This document shows positions 38,158-47,524 of a DNA stretch of 64,000 nucleotides, one piece after another. Position 1 is the stretch's first letter, and the number at the start of each line of letters is the position of its first letter. Both the position numbers and the translations under genes were made by a program. The DNA lies in IMG/VR virus record IMGVR_UViG_3300025084_000007, positions 32,001 through 96,000 of that record. One strand, written 5' to 3'. This stretch comes from a virus. The notes beneath the pieces were generated by a model, which did not search any database, was not told where the DNA came from, and saw nothing but the letters and a program-made list of their open reading frames with translations.

Positions 38158-38694
38158 ATGAAAACCACTGTTAAAAAACAAAAACAACATTATGTTGACA
38201 ATCAAGAGTTTCTTGCTGCAATAATTGTATATAAAAAGAAACTCATTTCTGCTGCAGAGAAAGAGATTCCTGGATTTCAAGATCTTCCCCACAACAAACA
38301 GGTGCAAGCTCTTAAGAAATGGGATAGTCCTAAGAAACCCAGAGTCAATAATTATATTGGTGGGTGCTTCTTAAAGATTGCAACTCACCTTTCATATCGT
38401 CCTAACTTCATTAACTACATGTATAAGGAGGATATGATTTGCGATGGCATTGAAAATTGCATTCAATACATCAATAACTTTGATCCTGACAAATCTAAAA
38501 ATCCGTTTGCATACTTTACACAGATTGTATACTATGCATTCTTAAGAAGGATTCAAAAAGAAAAAAGACAGATGGAGATCAAAGACAAGATTCTAGAGAA
38601 ATCTGGTTACGATCACGTCTTTAGTATTGACGGGGATGTAGATACAGGGTATAATCAGATCAAGTCCCGTGTGGAGATGAACTCGAAACGATGA
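38158..38694 (+). CDS. gp55: Late transcription sigma factor gp55
   Basis: HYVDNQEF, HLSYRPNFINY, DGIENC and NPFAYFTQI motifs. Confidence 0.95.
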   Translation: MKTTVKKQKQHYVDNQEFLAAIIVYKKKLISAAEKEIPGFQDLPHNKQVQALKKWDSPKKPRVNNYIGGCFLKIATHLSYRPNFINYMYKEDMICDGIENCIQYINNFDPDKSKNPFAYFTQIVYYAFLRRIQKEKRQMEIKDKILEKSGYDHVFSIDGDVDTGYNQIKSRVEMNSKR

Positions 38695-39722
38695 AGATCT
38701 TATTGATTACGGACCAACACTTTGGTGTTCGTAACGACAATCAGTATTTTATTGAGAGTTATAGAAAATTTTATACCAAGGTAGTTATACCGTACATCGA
38801 AAAGTTTAACATCGAGCAAGTGATTGCTCTTGGAGATACTTTTGATAAGCGTAGGTCAATCAACTTCATGTCTCTGGAAGCAGCAAAGGACATGTGGTTT
38901 GATCCTTTAAGTAAACTAGGTGTACAAATGCGTATGCTAGTAGGTAACCATGACATATATTACAAAAATACTTTGCGAGTTAATGCCCCAAGTGAGTTAC
39001 TTGCAGGGTACACAAACATCAGTGTCATCGATAATCCCACCACTGCTGTTTACGATGGTCTTCCTATACTCCTTCTGCCTTGGATTTGCGATGAAAATCG
39101 TGCAGCAGTTCTTGAAGAAGTAGGAACTACTAAAGCAGAAGTATGCATGGGACACTTAGAACTTAATGGTTTTGAAGCACACCCTGGACATGTAATGGAA
39201 AGTGGTATGGATAAGAATACGTTCTCAAAATTTAAGAAAGTATTTTCTGGACACTATCACATGAAATCTAGTAAAGGTAATGTGTCTTACTTGGGTAATC
39301 CATACCAGTTATATTGGAATGACTATGGATGTAAAAGAGGGTTCCATGTATTTGATACCGACACTCTGAGAACAACTTTTATTAGAAATCCATTTGACAC
39401 TTTCCATAAAGTGTACTACAATAATGGAGTAAGTTTGCCAGATTCTAGCGAACTACAAGGAGCATATGTCAAACTGATCGTAGAAGAGAAGGGAGATTAT
39501 GCAAAGTTTGATTACACAGTCAATCAACTTCAATCAATGTCTTTGGGTGATTTAAAAATCATCGAAGACCTTAATGCAGAAGTCTCTAGTGATTCGGTGT
39601 TGGAAACCGAAGACACTATGACTCTCCTAGATAACTACATAGATGAAATAGATCTTAAGGTTAGCAAAACTAATGTTAAGAATCTAATGAGATCCCTATA
39701 CATGGAAGCATCTGAAATCTAA
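38691..39722 (+). CDS. gp47: Recombination endonuclease subunit gp47 (Mre11-like)
   Basis: DQHFG, LGDTFD, GNHD, GHLE and SGHYH phosphoesterase motifs. Confidence 0.95.
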   Translation: MKILLITDQHFGVRNDNQYFIESYRKFYTKVVIPYIEKFNIEQVIALGDTFDKRRSINFMSLEAAKDMWFDPLSKLGVQMRMLVGNHDIYYKNTLRVNAPSELLAGYTNISVIDNPTTAVYDGLPILLLPWICDENRAAVLEEVGTTKAEVCMGHLELNGFEAHPGHVMESGMDKNTFSKFKKVFSGHYHMKSSKGNVSYLGNPYQLYWNDYGCKRGFHVFDTDTLRTTFIRNPFDTFHKVYYNNGVSLPDSSELQGAYVKLIVEEKGDYAKFDYTVNQLQSMSLGDLKIIEDLNAEVSSDSVLETEDTMTLLDNYIDEIDLKVSKTNVKNLMRSLYMEASEI

Positions 39723-39970
39723 TGTTCGTTCTAACAGACACAAACTCAGGCGGTATCTATGCCGTAAACAGCAAAGATAAAATCAAAACTGTTACTGTAT
39801 TTGAAGATCGTGACGACGCAGAACGGTATGTACAACTACTACTTGCCGATGATTATGAAGATGAACTAGAAATTTTTGAAGTTGACAAAGACGTTGTTGC
39901 TATCAACTGTAACACATACGGATATAGTTATTCCGTTATTGAAAAAGATGATCTGATTGTCCCCCCGTAA
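39722..39970 (+). CDS. Hypothetical protein (DUF3110-like)
   Basis: FEDRDDAERY..LL and C-terminal LIVPP. Confidence 0.7.
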   Translation: MFVLTDTNSGGIYAVNSKDKIKTVTVFEDRDDAERYVQLLLADDYEDELEIFEVDKDVVAINCNTYGYSYSVIEKDDLIVPP

Positions 39971-41691
39971 TGATTACATTTGAAACCATCCGCTGGAAAA
40001 ACTTTCTTTCAACAGGAGACCAGTGGACTGAGATTGATTTTTGCGAGTCATCCTCAACACTTATTGTAGGTTCTAATGGCGCAGGGAAGTCCACTATGTT
40101 GGACGCCCTGTGTTTTGCTTTGTTTGGAAAAGCATTCCGTAAGATTAACAAACCTCAACTAGTTAATAGCATCAACGAAAAGGATGCCAAAGTAGAAGTT
40201 ACGTTTAGTATTGGTAGTGAGGAGTACCGTGTATTCCGAGGTATTAAACCTAATGTCTTTGAACTTTACAAAAATAATAAACTGGTTGATCAGGATGCAG
40301 CAACCAAAGACACGCAAAAGTATCTTGAGCAATCCGTACTCAAACTTAACTATAAGTCATTTACCCAAGTTGTCATTCTTGGTTCTAGTACCTTTGTCCC
40401 CTTCATGCAACTTTCTGCCTCTCATAGGAGAGAGGTGATTGAAGATCTACTAGACATTAATATCTTCTCGAATATGAATGGTCTTTTGAAAGATCGTATT
40501 CGTGCATCACAAGGTCAAAGTAAAGATTGTTCTCACATGTTGACTCTTGCCGAAGGTAAAGTCCATGCTCAGAAAAAATTAATCTATTCTCTTGAAGAAG
40601 TAAATCAGAATCGTCAAGAAGAGAAACAGAAGAAGTATGATGAGAATCTTTCTCTCATGAAGAAAGTGCATGAAGATAAGTATATTGTAGAGAAAGATAT
40701 TGAAGATACCGAAAGTAAAATTGGTGACTATGATGCCGCAGCAAAAACTTTATCATCTTTGCGTCAAGGTCAGTCAGATAGAAAATCCCAACTAAAAATT
40801 ATCTCTAAAGACCTGAAGTTTTTCAAGGGACATGATGTATGTCCTACATGTACACAAGATATTAGTGGTGCCTTTAAGGATACTCAAATTGATAAATTGA
40901 CAAACTCTGGCAAATTAGTTGCTGAAGAGATTGTTCAATTCAATGTAGATGTTACTGAAGCGACTCAGATTGTGACTGAAATTTCTGAACAGTCTATGAA
41001 ACTTAAAGAACTTTCCAGTAACCTTACTGCACTTGACCGTGACTACGTTAGACTAGAGTTTGATAATCTTCGCATTAAAGATGAACTTGTAAAGTTGCAG
41101 GAACATACTCCTAACATCGATAAAGAAAAAGAACATCTACAAAATGTTGAAGATGAGTATGCAAAAACAAAAACTGATTGTGCATCAGTCAGTCAGAGAT
41201 TAGATGAGTTCCATGTGATTTCTTCACTGCTCAAAGATTCTGGAATCAAAAGTAGAATCATCAAAAAATATATTCCCATTTTCAATCAACTAATTAATAA
41301 GTATCTCCAATCAATGGACTTCTTTGTTAACTTCACACTCGATGAAGAGTTCAATGAAGTCATCAAGAGTCGCTTCAGGGATGAGTTTTCATATGCATCA
41401 TTCTCTGAAGGTGAGAAGCAGAAGATTGATTTAGCACTTCTGTTTACTTGGCGTGAAGTTGCTCGTATGAAAAATAGTGTTGCTACTAATTTACTCATTC
41501 TTGATGAGGTGTTTGATAGTTCGCTAGATGCTGCTGGTACTGGAGAACTTCTTCAGATTCTTCGTGGTCTTGGAAAAGATACTAATGCGTTTGTTATATC
41601 ACATAAAGGAGACATTCTTGTTGATAAGTTCTTACGAACACTGAAGTTTGAAAAGATCAATAATTTTTCAAAGATGTCGGATGAGTCCTAA
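39970..41691 (+). CDS. gp46: Recombination ATPase gp46 (Rad50-like)
   Basis: GSNGAGKST, CPTC zinc hook, FSEGEK and LILDEVFD motifs. Confidence 0.96.
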   Translation: MITFETIRWKNFLSTGDQWTEIDFCESSSTLIVGSNGAGKSTMLDALCFALFGKAFRKINKPQLVNSINEKDAKVEVTFSIGSEEYRVFRGIKPNVFELYKNNKLVDQDAATKDTQKYLEQSVLKLNYKSFTQVVILGSSTFVPFMQLSASHRREVIEDLLDINIFSNMNGLLKDRIRASQGQSKDCSHMLTLAEGKVHAQKKLIYSLEEVNQNRQEEKQKKYDENLSLMKKVHEDKYIVEKDIEDTESKIGDYDAAAKTLSSLRQGQSDRKSQLKIISKDLKFFKGHDVCPTCTQDISGAFKDTQIDKLTNSGKLVAEEIVQFNVDVTEATQIVTEISEQSMKLKELSSNLTALDRDYVRLEFDNLRIKDELVKLQEHTPNIDKEKEHLQNVEDEYAKTKTDCASVSQRLDEFHVISSLLKDSGIKSRIIKKYIPIFNQLINKYLQSMDFFVNFTLDEEFNEVIKSRFRDEFSYASFSEGEKQKIDLALLFTWREVARMKNSVATNLLILDEVFDSSLDAAGTGELLQILRGLGKDTNAFVISHKGDILVDKFLRTLKFEKINNFSKMSDES

Positions 41692-41716
41692 ATAAACTTG
41701 ATTGAGGAGAAAACTT

Positions 41717-42031
41717 TTGCTTTCTACACAGTACCGACTGCGCTTAGAGTTCATTTGTAAATGTATTGCCAATGGTGAAGAGGTAAAACTAGATGACATG
41801 ATCTGGGCAGAGAAGTTGGCAAAGTCTCATACAACTGCTAGAGACTGGTTACAAAAAGCACGAAGACAATCTTCTCAAGAAATTGAAGAAGGTAGTACCG
41901 ACGATTTTCTGAATAGGATGGGACTAGGAGATCCCGACCCATCCAATCATAGAAAGGGATTCACCGATGCTGACGATATCAAGAGTTGGTTTCACCAAGA
42001 CAAACCTGATGACTGGAGGCAAAGAGATTAA
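41717..42031 (+). CDS. Conserved cyanophage hypothetical protein
   Basis: TTG start after GAGGAG; LSTQYRLRLEFIC...GLGDPDPSNH...DWRQRD; CTAAATA at 41688. Confidence 0.75.
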   Translation: MLSTQYRLRLEFICKCIANGEEVKLDDMIWAEKLAKSHTTARDWLQKARRQSSQEIEEGSTDDFLNRMGLGDPDPSNHRKGFTDADDIKSWFHQDKPDDWRQRD

Positions 42032-42207
42032 TGCCAAGTGAATTTGATTACGTCGAAGCACCTACAGAAGGTGAAGTTGATAAGTGGGGATTTACAATCA
42101 AACCTGCTATTAGCGATAACGAATTGATTCGTAGATGTCTACGCAATGCTCCTTGCGGTTGTGACAAAAAACAAGTTGAACGAGTGATCCAACAATACTA
42201 TGACTAA
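42031..42207 (+). CDS. 58-aa hypothetical protein
   Basis: MPSEFDYVEAP...CLRNAPCGCDKKQ; TAATG-coupled. Confidence 0.6.
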   Translation: MPSEFDYVEAPTEGEVDKWGFTIKPAISDNELIRRCLRNAPCGCDKKQVERVIQQYYD

Positions 42208-42304
42208 GAAACAATACAAACAATTGCTGCTAGATCATTTCACAGAGCAGTTAGATAAACTGACAGCGAAGGAACTGAAGGAACTTGCTGCGAGACATAC
42301 ATGA
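42200..42304 (+). CDS. 34-aa hypothetical protein
   Basis: MTKKQYKQLLLDHFTEQLDKLTAKELKELAARHT; overlapping chain. Confidence 0.5.
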   Translation: MTKKQYKQLLLDHFTEQLDKLTAKELKELAARHT

Positions 42305-42432
42305 AGGATTATGTCTGTATCCCCATGTGGGATCCCATTTTCGAGATGATGCGCTATCATTGGGTACACAAGTCAGAAAGGGATCCTGAGCAATTCGTGA
42401 AAAATCTTAACCCAGAGCAAGAACGGTTATGA
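42301..42432 (+). CDS. 43-aa hypothetical protein
   Basis: MKDYVCIPMWDP...LNPEQERL; ATGA coupling at both ends. Confidence 0.55.
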   Translation: MKDYVCIPMWDPIFEMMRYHWVHKSERDPEQFVKNLNPEQERL

Positions 42433-42728
42433 GCAGTAAGATGCTGTTCTTAGTTGATGCTGGCAACGGCAGATGTATCACTCATGATGGGTACATTCAA
42501 CTCGGCAGTTTCTCTCATACCGTAGAGAAACATCTTGAATTAAATCCAGAACAAGAATGGCAGGTAACATACTGGATGCCAGATCCATTCTGTATCAGAT
42601 ACCCAAGAGCAAACTATCAGCATACTATGAAGGCGAACGAGGGTTCACCTAGAACTGATAATGCTTTAGATAGTCGTCCTAGAGACTTCCCAGATCAACC
42701 AACCGAAAGACTAGAGAGAACACTATGA
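42429..42728 (+). CDS. Hypothetical protein
   Basis: 99-aa ORF in the coupled chain. Confidence 0.7.
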   Translation: MSSKMLFLVDAGNGRCITHDGYIQLGSFSHTVEKHLELNPEQEWQVTYWMPDPFCIRYPRANYQHTMKANEGSPRTDNALDSRPRDFPDQPTERLERTL

Positions 42729-42871
42729 AGATGTGGGAGACAGAATGCTCTGGTTGCGGTAAGATGATACCAGCAAATCAATGTCCTCAAGTCGGATGCT
42801 ATGTTCCATCCGAGAATAAATATAAGAATTCACTATGCAAACCCTGTTGGTTAAAAAAATGCAAGCAGTAA
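42725..42871 (+). CDS. 48-aa Cys-rich (CxxC...CxxC) zinc-finger-like protein
   Basis: ECSGCGK...LCKPCW; ATGA-coupled. Confidence 0.55.
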   Translation: MKMWETECSGCGKMIPANQCPQVGCYVPSENKYKNSLCKPCWLKKCKQ

Positions 42872-43095
42872 TCTATTCAAACGGTAGTCAAGAGTGTGAG
42901 CGTATGGCATCACTACTGGAGTCTCTTGGTGGAGAGTTTTTAGAATATAGACTCAATCAACATTTCACTCAACGTTCTTTTGAAAATGAATTTGGCGAAG
43001 GAGCGACATATCCCCAAGTATCTTTAGGATATAAGCATGTTGGCAATATGCATGACACTCTACATTTTCTACAAGAGAAAGGTATGCTTGTGTGA
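42859..43095 (+). CDS. Glutaredoxin-like protein (SxxC)
   Basis: VIYSNGSQECER, cis-Pro ATYPQV, HVG. Confidence 0.7.
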   Translation: MQAVIYSNGSQECERMASLLESLGGEFLEYRLNQHFTQRSFENEFGEGATYPQVSLGYKHVGNMHDTLHFLQEKGMLV

Positions 43096-43316
43096 AAAAA
43101 ATATTGAGGGTTTGGAAGTATGCATTGGGTTCGTTCTCTGATGAGAAGACCGAGAGGTATGACAATGCTATTGTCGTTATACGATCTCTCGTGTTTTTTA
43201 GCTATCTCATTACTAATTGCTTCATTGTTGCTGGAGTGATCCGCCACTGGGACAGTAACCAAACTGTCCATGTAGTGTCCCCACACCTTGACGATGGTGC
43301 TATACTTACAAAGTAA
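43092..43316 (+). CDS. Small membrane protein
   Basis: WKYALGSFSD..TM..NCFIVAGVIRHW. Confidence 0.65.
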   Translation: MKKILRVWKYALGSFSDEKTERYDNAIVVIRSLVFFSYLITNCFIVAGVIRHWDSNQTVHVVSPHLDDGAILTK

Positions 43317-43320
43317 TCAA
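43248..43320 (+). promoter_or_regulatory. Bipartite promoter: palindrome plus extended -10
   Basis: GGACAGT-N6-ACTGTCC, then TGCTATACT at 43298; same layout at 46063-46135. Confidence 0.6.
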
Positions 43321-43329
43321 GAGAGACGG

Positions 43330-45444
43330 ATGAACACTCAAGAAGTCAAAGGCACTCTCGCCAAACTGCTTGCCACAGAAAACCTGACGGTAGAGCATCG
43401 CAAAGTGTCTACTGCTTGTTTTGATGTTGATAAACGTCTCCTTATCCTTCCCGTCTGGAAGACTGCCTCTAACACCGTCTATGACCTTCTAGTGGGGCAT
43501 GAGGTGGGTCATGCTCTCTATACACCTAACCAGGACTTTGGCGATGTCTCAAAGGCATTTGTGAATGTCTTGGAAGATGCTCGTATCGAGAAGATGATGA
43601 AGATCACTTACCCTGGTCTTCGCAGATCTTTCTTTGATGGTTATAGGGAACTTTGGGATAGAGATTTCTTCGGTGTTAAGAATGAGGAGATGTCTGATCT
43701 ATCCTTAATCGATCGTATCAACCTGTACTTCAAAGGTAGACCTACTATCGGTTTCTCTGATGAGGAGAGAACTTGGGTTGATCGTGCTGCCAATACCAAA
43801 TCCTTTCAAGACGTCCTTCAACTTGCACGAGAACTCTGGGATTATGTCAACCAGAAGAAAGATGAAACTGAGATCGAAACTCCAATTCAACCTCAGTCAG
43901 GAGATGGTCAGCAATCTGCAGATAGAGAAGAAGAGTTTGATCTTTCCGATGATAGTGATGATGAGCAAGGTGATGAGGGTGAGTACGAAGATACTGCTGA
44001 ACTAGAAGTTCCTTCATATGGGATGGGTGGAGAAATTGATGAGACTCAATCTGTAACTGATGAGGCACTTTCTCAAGCACTAGAGACTTTAGTTGATGAT
44101 GATGCTAAGGAATGGGTATACTTGTCTCTACCTAATATTGACGTTGATGACTATATTGTTACTTATGATGTCGTTCAGGACAATCTAGACAACCATTATT
44201 ATGGGTATGATTTTCAAGGTGATGTAGAGTCCAAAGAATATTACGAACGGAATGTTTCGTATGCTGTAGAACATTACAAAAACTTCAAGAAAGATACGCA
44301 GAAGACTGTCAACTATTTGTGCAAGCAGTTTGAAATGAGGAAGTCTGCCGATGACTATAAGCGTGCAGCAACTTCTAAGACAGGTGTTCTTGACACCAAC
44401 AAACTGCATACTTACAAATATAATGATGACATCTTTAAGAAAATTACTATCATTCCTGAGGGTAAGAATCATGGTCTAGTAATGCATCTTGACTGGTCTG
44501 GTTCTATGCAGAATCAACTTCTAGATACTATGAAGCAACTTTACAACCTAGTATGGTTCTGTAAAAAGTGTGGTATTCCTTTCAGAGTGTATGCTTTTCA
44601 ATCTGGATTTGTTGGTAACCGACAACAGATACCAGAAGACTCGAAGCAAGGTCTCAATGAACTTGCGATGACTTCTGATTTTAGACTATTGGAGATGTTT
44701 TCCTCTAGACAAAATGCAAAATCATTAGAGAAGTCTATGCATTTGCTGTATATTCATGTGTTTTCTATGGGCGGATATCGTATACGGCACTATCCTGAGT
44801 ACACTCTTGGTGGTACTCCACTCGCTGAAGCAGTATATTGCACTCGTCAAATTGTTGCTAAATTGAAAAGGGTTGAGCGTGTCAGTAAAGTAAATGTTAT
44901 TTGTTTGACTGATGGTGAGGCAAATCCAATGGCATACGTCAGAGAAATGCCCGAGGAGTATCGGTATAGTAATAGAGAGTTCATGCACTCATATCTTTGT
45001 CATCGGAGAGGAATAGTATTTTTCCTACGAGATCCCCAAACTGGATATACTCGCAGATTAGATTCAAATAGTTACAATACTACAAACGAGATTGTATCTT
45101 TTTACAGAGAGATCACTGATTACAACTGGGTTGGTATTCGTATCTGCAGCAAGACAGAACTAACACGTCTTGTAAGAGAGATTGATATAGATAGAAGTGA
45201 ATATGAATCCATTGACAAGCACTGGAAGAAGGAACGCTACGTCTCTATCAAAGACAAGGCAGGATTCACTGAGGCATTCTATATGCCGAATCAAGGTTCT
45301 GGCGCAGGCAGTCAAGATCTTGAGGTAAAACAAAAGTCTGGGGTTGCTACCAAAGCAGAACTCTCTCGTGCATTTAAAAAGCACATGGGTTCTAAAATGA
45401 CAAACAAGACCATCCTTAACGCATTTATTGAGCAAATCGCATGA
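43330..45444 (+). CDS. Metallopeptidase-vWA (CobT-like) protein
   Basis: HEVGH...NVLEDARIE zincin motif, acidic linker, MIDAS DWSGS, GGTPL and LTDGE. Confidence 0.85.
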   Translation: MNTQEVKGTLAKLLATENLTVEHRKVSTACFDVDKRLLILPVWKTASNTVYDLLVGHEVGHALYTPNQDFGDVSKAFVNVLEDARIEKMMKITYPGLRRSFFDGYRELWDRDFFGVKNEEMSDLSLIDRINLYFKGRPTIGFSDEERTWVDRAANTKSFQDVLQLARELWDYVNQKKDETEIETPIQPQSGDGQQSADREEEFDLSDDSDDEQGDEGEYEDTAELEVPSYGMGGEIDETQSVTDEALSQALETLVDDDAKEWVYLSLPNIDVDDYIVTYDVVQDNLDNHYYGYDFQGDVESKEYYERNVSYAVEHYKNFKKDTQKTVNYLCKQFEMRKSADDYKRAATSKTGVLDTNKLHTYKYNDDIFKKITIIPEGKNHGLVMHLDWSGSMQNQLLDTMKQLYNLVWFCKKCGIPFRVYAFQSGFVGNRQQIPEDSKQGLNELAMTSDFRLLEMFSSRQNAKSLEKSMHLLYIHVFSMGGYRIRHYPEYTLGGTPLAEAVYCTRQIVAKLKRVERVSKVNVICLTDGEANPMAYVREMPEEYRYSNREFMHSYLCHRRGIVFFLRDPQTGYTRRLDSNSYNTTNEIVSFYREITDYNWVGIRICSKTELTRLVREIDIDRSEYESIDKHWKKERYVSIKDKAGFTEAFYMPNQGSGAGSQDLEVKQKSGVATKAELSRAFKKHMGSKMTNKTILNAFIEQIA

Positions 45445-45584
45445 AGTGTAAAGTACAACTATTCAAGGCAGGAACAATTTTTGATGAGATTGTTATTGCT
45501 ACAGACTATGACGATGCTAAGAAAGTTGCCTTGGCACGAAACCCTGGAGCAACTATCATGGGAGTAACAGCAGTATTTGAATGA
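45441..45584 (+). CDS. 47-aa hypothetical protein
   Basis: MKCKVQLFKAG...ALARNPGATI; ATGA coupling at both ends. Confidence 0.65.
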   Translation: MKCKVQLFKAGTIFDEIVIATDYDDAKKVALARNPGATIMGVTAVFE

Positions 45585-46093
45585 ACATCTTTGTCACTGA
45601 CGAATCACCTTGGCAGTCTGCTAAGGTTCTACCTGACAAGCACATCGTCAAGATGCCCCTGGAGACCTGCCAGATGCTCGCTATAGTCGCCTCAGACAAG
45701 TGGGGGCATGGTTATGGTACTTTGCCTAAGGCAGACGGCACACCCTATGCTACAGAGAAGGGAGCATTCCGTAATCACCCCTGTACTAAGTGGGCAAACG
45801 AGACTGTAGCAAACTCTCGATGGTTGCTTGAGCATGGTATGGCATTATGTGAAGAGTATTTCACTCGGTATGGAAAGATCCATACTTGCTTCAAGACTCT
45901 TATTGCTGCTGACTACATTATTCCACAAGCGAAGTTGTCCAATCACACTCCTTTCGTCTTTGCAGGACCTGACGAGTATAAGTATGACACCAGCATTGAC
46001 ATCTTCACTGCATACAAGATGTACATTGCATCTAAACCATGGGTAGCATCCAACTACCTACGTGTGCCAGATCACAAACCGTCTTGGGTTTGA
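45581..46093 (+). CDS. Pyrimidine-dimer DNA glycosylase-like protein
   Basis: MNIF..DKHIVKMPLETCQML, NHPCTKW and EY..RYGKIH motifs. Confidence 0.75.
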   Translation: MNIFVTDESPWQSAKVLPDKHIVKMPLETCQMLAIVASDKWGHGYGTLPKADGTPYATEKGAFRNHPCTKWANETVANSRWLLEHGMALCEEYFTRYGKIHTCFKTLIAADYIIPQAKLSNHTPFVFAGPDEYKYDTSIDIFTAYKMYIASKPWVASNYLRVPDHKPSWV

Positions 46094-46135
46094 CCCAAAT
46101 CGATCCAAGACCTGCTACAATAACAAAGTAAACAA
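46063..46135 (+). promoter_or_regulatory. Second copy of bipartite promoter, upstream of cobS
   Basis: TGTGCCAG..AAACCGTC, then TGCTACAATAACAAAGTAA at the same spacing as the 43248 copy. Confidence 0.55.
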
Positions 46136-46144
46136 AGGAAAGCA

Positions 46145-47236
46145 ATGAACCGCGTCACTACCGAACAACTGATTGACACTCTGACTGAGCAGTATGGTGT
46201 TGAAGTTAGTACTGGACAAGTTCGTGATGCAGCAAATGCTTTAGGTGTATCATATCCTACTGCATGTAAGCGTCTTGACTCGTACAAGTCTGGTCGTGGC
46301 AAGTGGAACTTGACTGTTCAAGAGATTGAGCAAGCATATGAAGCACCCTCTGCAACACCTGCTGACAATTACATTCCTGCAAAAGATGATTCCTATGTCC
46401 CTTTTGGTAACTATGCATCTGTTCGCAAAGTTATCTCCTCTAATAAATTTTATCCTGTCTTTATCACAGGTCTTTCAGGTAATGGTAAGACCCTCTCAGT
46501 TGAGCAGGCATGTGCAACAGCAAAGCGAGAGTTGATTCGTGTCAACATCACAATCGAAACTGATGAAGACGATCTTATTGGTGGTTTTCGTCTTGTCAAT
46601 GGTGACACTGTTTGGCACAATGGTCCTGTCATCGAAGCTTTGGAACGCGGAGCTGTACTTCTTCTAGATGAGATTGACCTAGCATCTAACAAGATCCTGT
46701 GTCTGCAATCTGTTCTTGAGGGTAAAGGTGTATTCCTCAAAAAAATTGGTAAATACGTAACTCCTAAGGTAGGATTCAATGTTATTGCAACTGCAAATAC
46801 TAAAGGCAAAGGCAGCGATGACGGTCGCTTTGTTGGAACCAATATTCTCAATGAGGCATTCCTTGAGCGTTTCCCAATTACCTTCGAGCAAGATTATCCA
46901 ACTGCATCGGTAGAAGAAAAGATTCTACGAAATATGGGTTGTGATACCATCTTTGCAGAGAATCTTGTGAAGTGGGCAGGTGTCATTCGTAAGACTTTCT
47001 TTGATGGTGGCGTTGATGAAGTGATTACAACTCGCCGTTTGGTGCATATCGCACAAGCGATGGAGATCTTTAGTGACCGTCTTACTGCTGTCAACATGTG
47101 TATCAATCGTTTTGATGATGACACTAAGCAATCTTTCCTAGATCTCTATACAAAGGTTGACGCTGGAGAAGATTCAGAGTACAATCAAGAGGAAACTCAA
47201 GAAGAACTGCCCCAATCAATTTGCCAAGAATTCTGA
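46145..47236 (+). CDS. cobS: CobS/MoxR-type AAA+ ATPase
   Basis: GLSGNGKT, LLLDEID, ATANTKGKG and NEAFLERF motifs. Confidence 0.88.
   Translation: MNRVTTEQLIDTLTEQYGVEVSTGQVRDAANALGVSYPTACKRLDSYKSGRGKWNLTVQEIEQAYEAPSATPADNYIPAKDDSYVPFGNYASVRKVISSNKFYPVFITGLSGNGKTLSVEQACATAKRELIRVNITIETDEDDLIGGFRLVNGDTVWHNGPVIEALERGAVLLLDEIDLASNKILCLQSVLEGKGVFLKKIGKYVTPKVGFNVIATANTKGKGSDDGRFVGTNILNEAFLERFPITFEQDYPTASVEEKILRNMGCDTIFAENLVKWAGVIRKTFFDGGVDEVITTRRLVHIAQAMEIFSDRLTAVNMCINRFDDDTKQSFLDLYTKVDAGEDSEYNQEETQEELPQSICQEF
47157..47185 (+). promoter_or_regulatory. sigma70-type promoter inside cobS 3' end
   Basis: TTGACG-N17-TACAAT upstream of the gp45 operon. Confidence 0.6.
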
Positions 47237-47242
47237 TTAATT

Positions 47243-47524
47243 ATGAAGTACAATGAAGATGCTCTGCTCGCAGAGTTAAAGGACTATATTTCCAGCACAT
47301 ATGGTCAACACTATTCTGCTGGCAACGATGAGATTCAAACATTAGATTTGATTGAATCTTGTGGAGACGCTGAGGCATTCTGCCGTAGCAACATCCTTAA
47401 GTATGCCTCACGCTATGATCGTAAAGGCACTGCCCGTCGCGACATTATCAAAATCCTACACTACGGATTACTCCTTCTCCACTTCTCCGATAAAACTAGA
47501 ATCACCGAATCTTATCCTCAATGA
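47243..47524 (+). CDS. DUF3310-like hypothetical protein
   Basis: TYGQHY, FCRSNILKYASRY..KG and DIIKILHY motifs. Confidence 0.75.
   Translation: MKYNEDALLAELKDYISSTYGQHYSAGNDEIQTLDLIESCGDAEAFCRSNILKYASRYDRKGTARRDIIKILHYGLLLLHFSDKTRITESYPQ

Noticed and set aside
46145-47236. cobS as evidence of phage cobalamin biosynthesis
   Set aside because: Only the generic MoxR AAA+ core is evident; no cobN or other cob genes lie in the window
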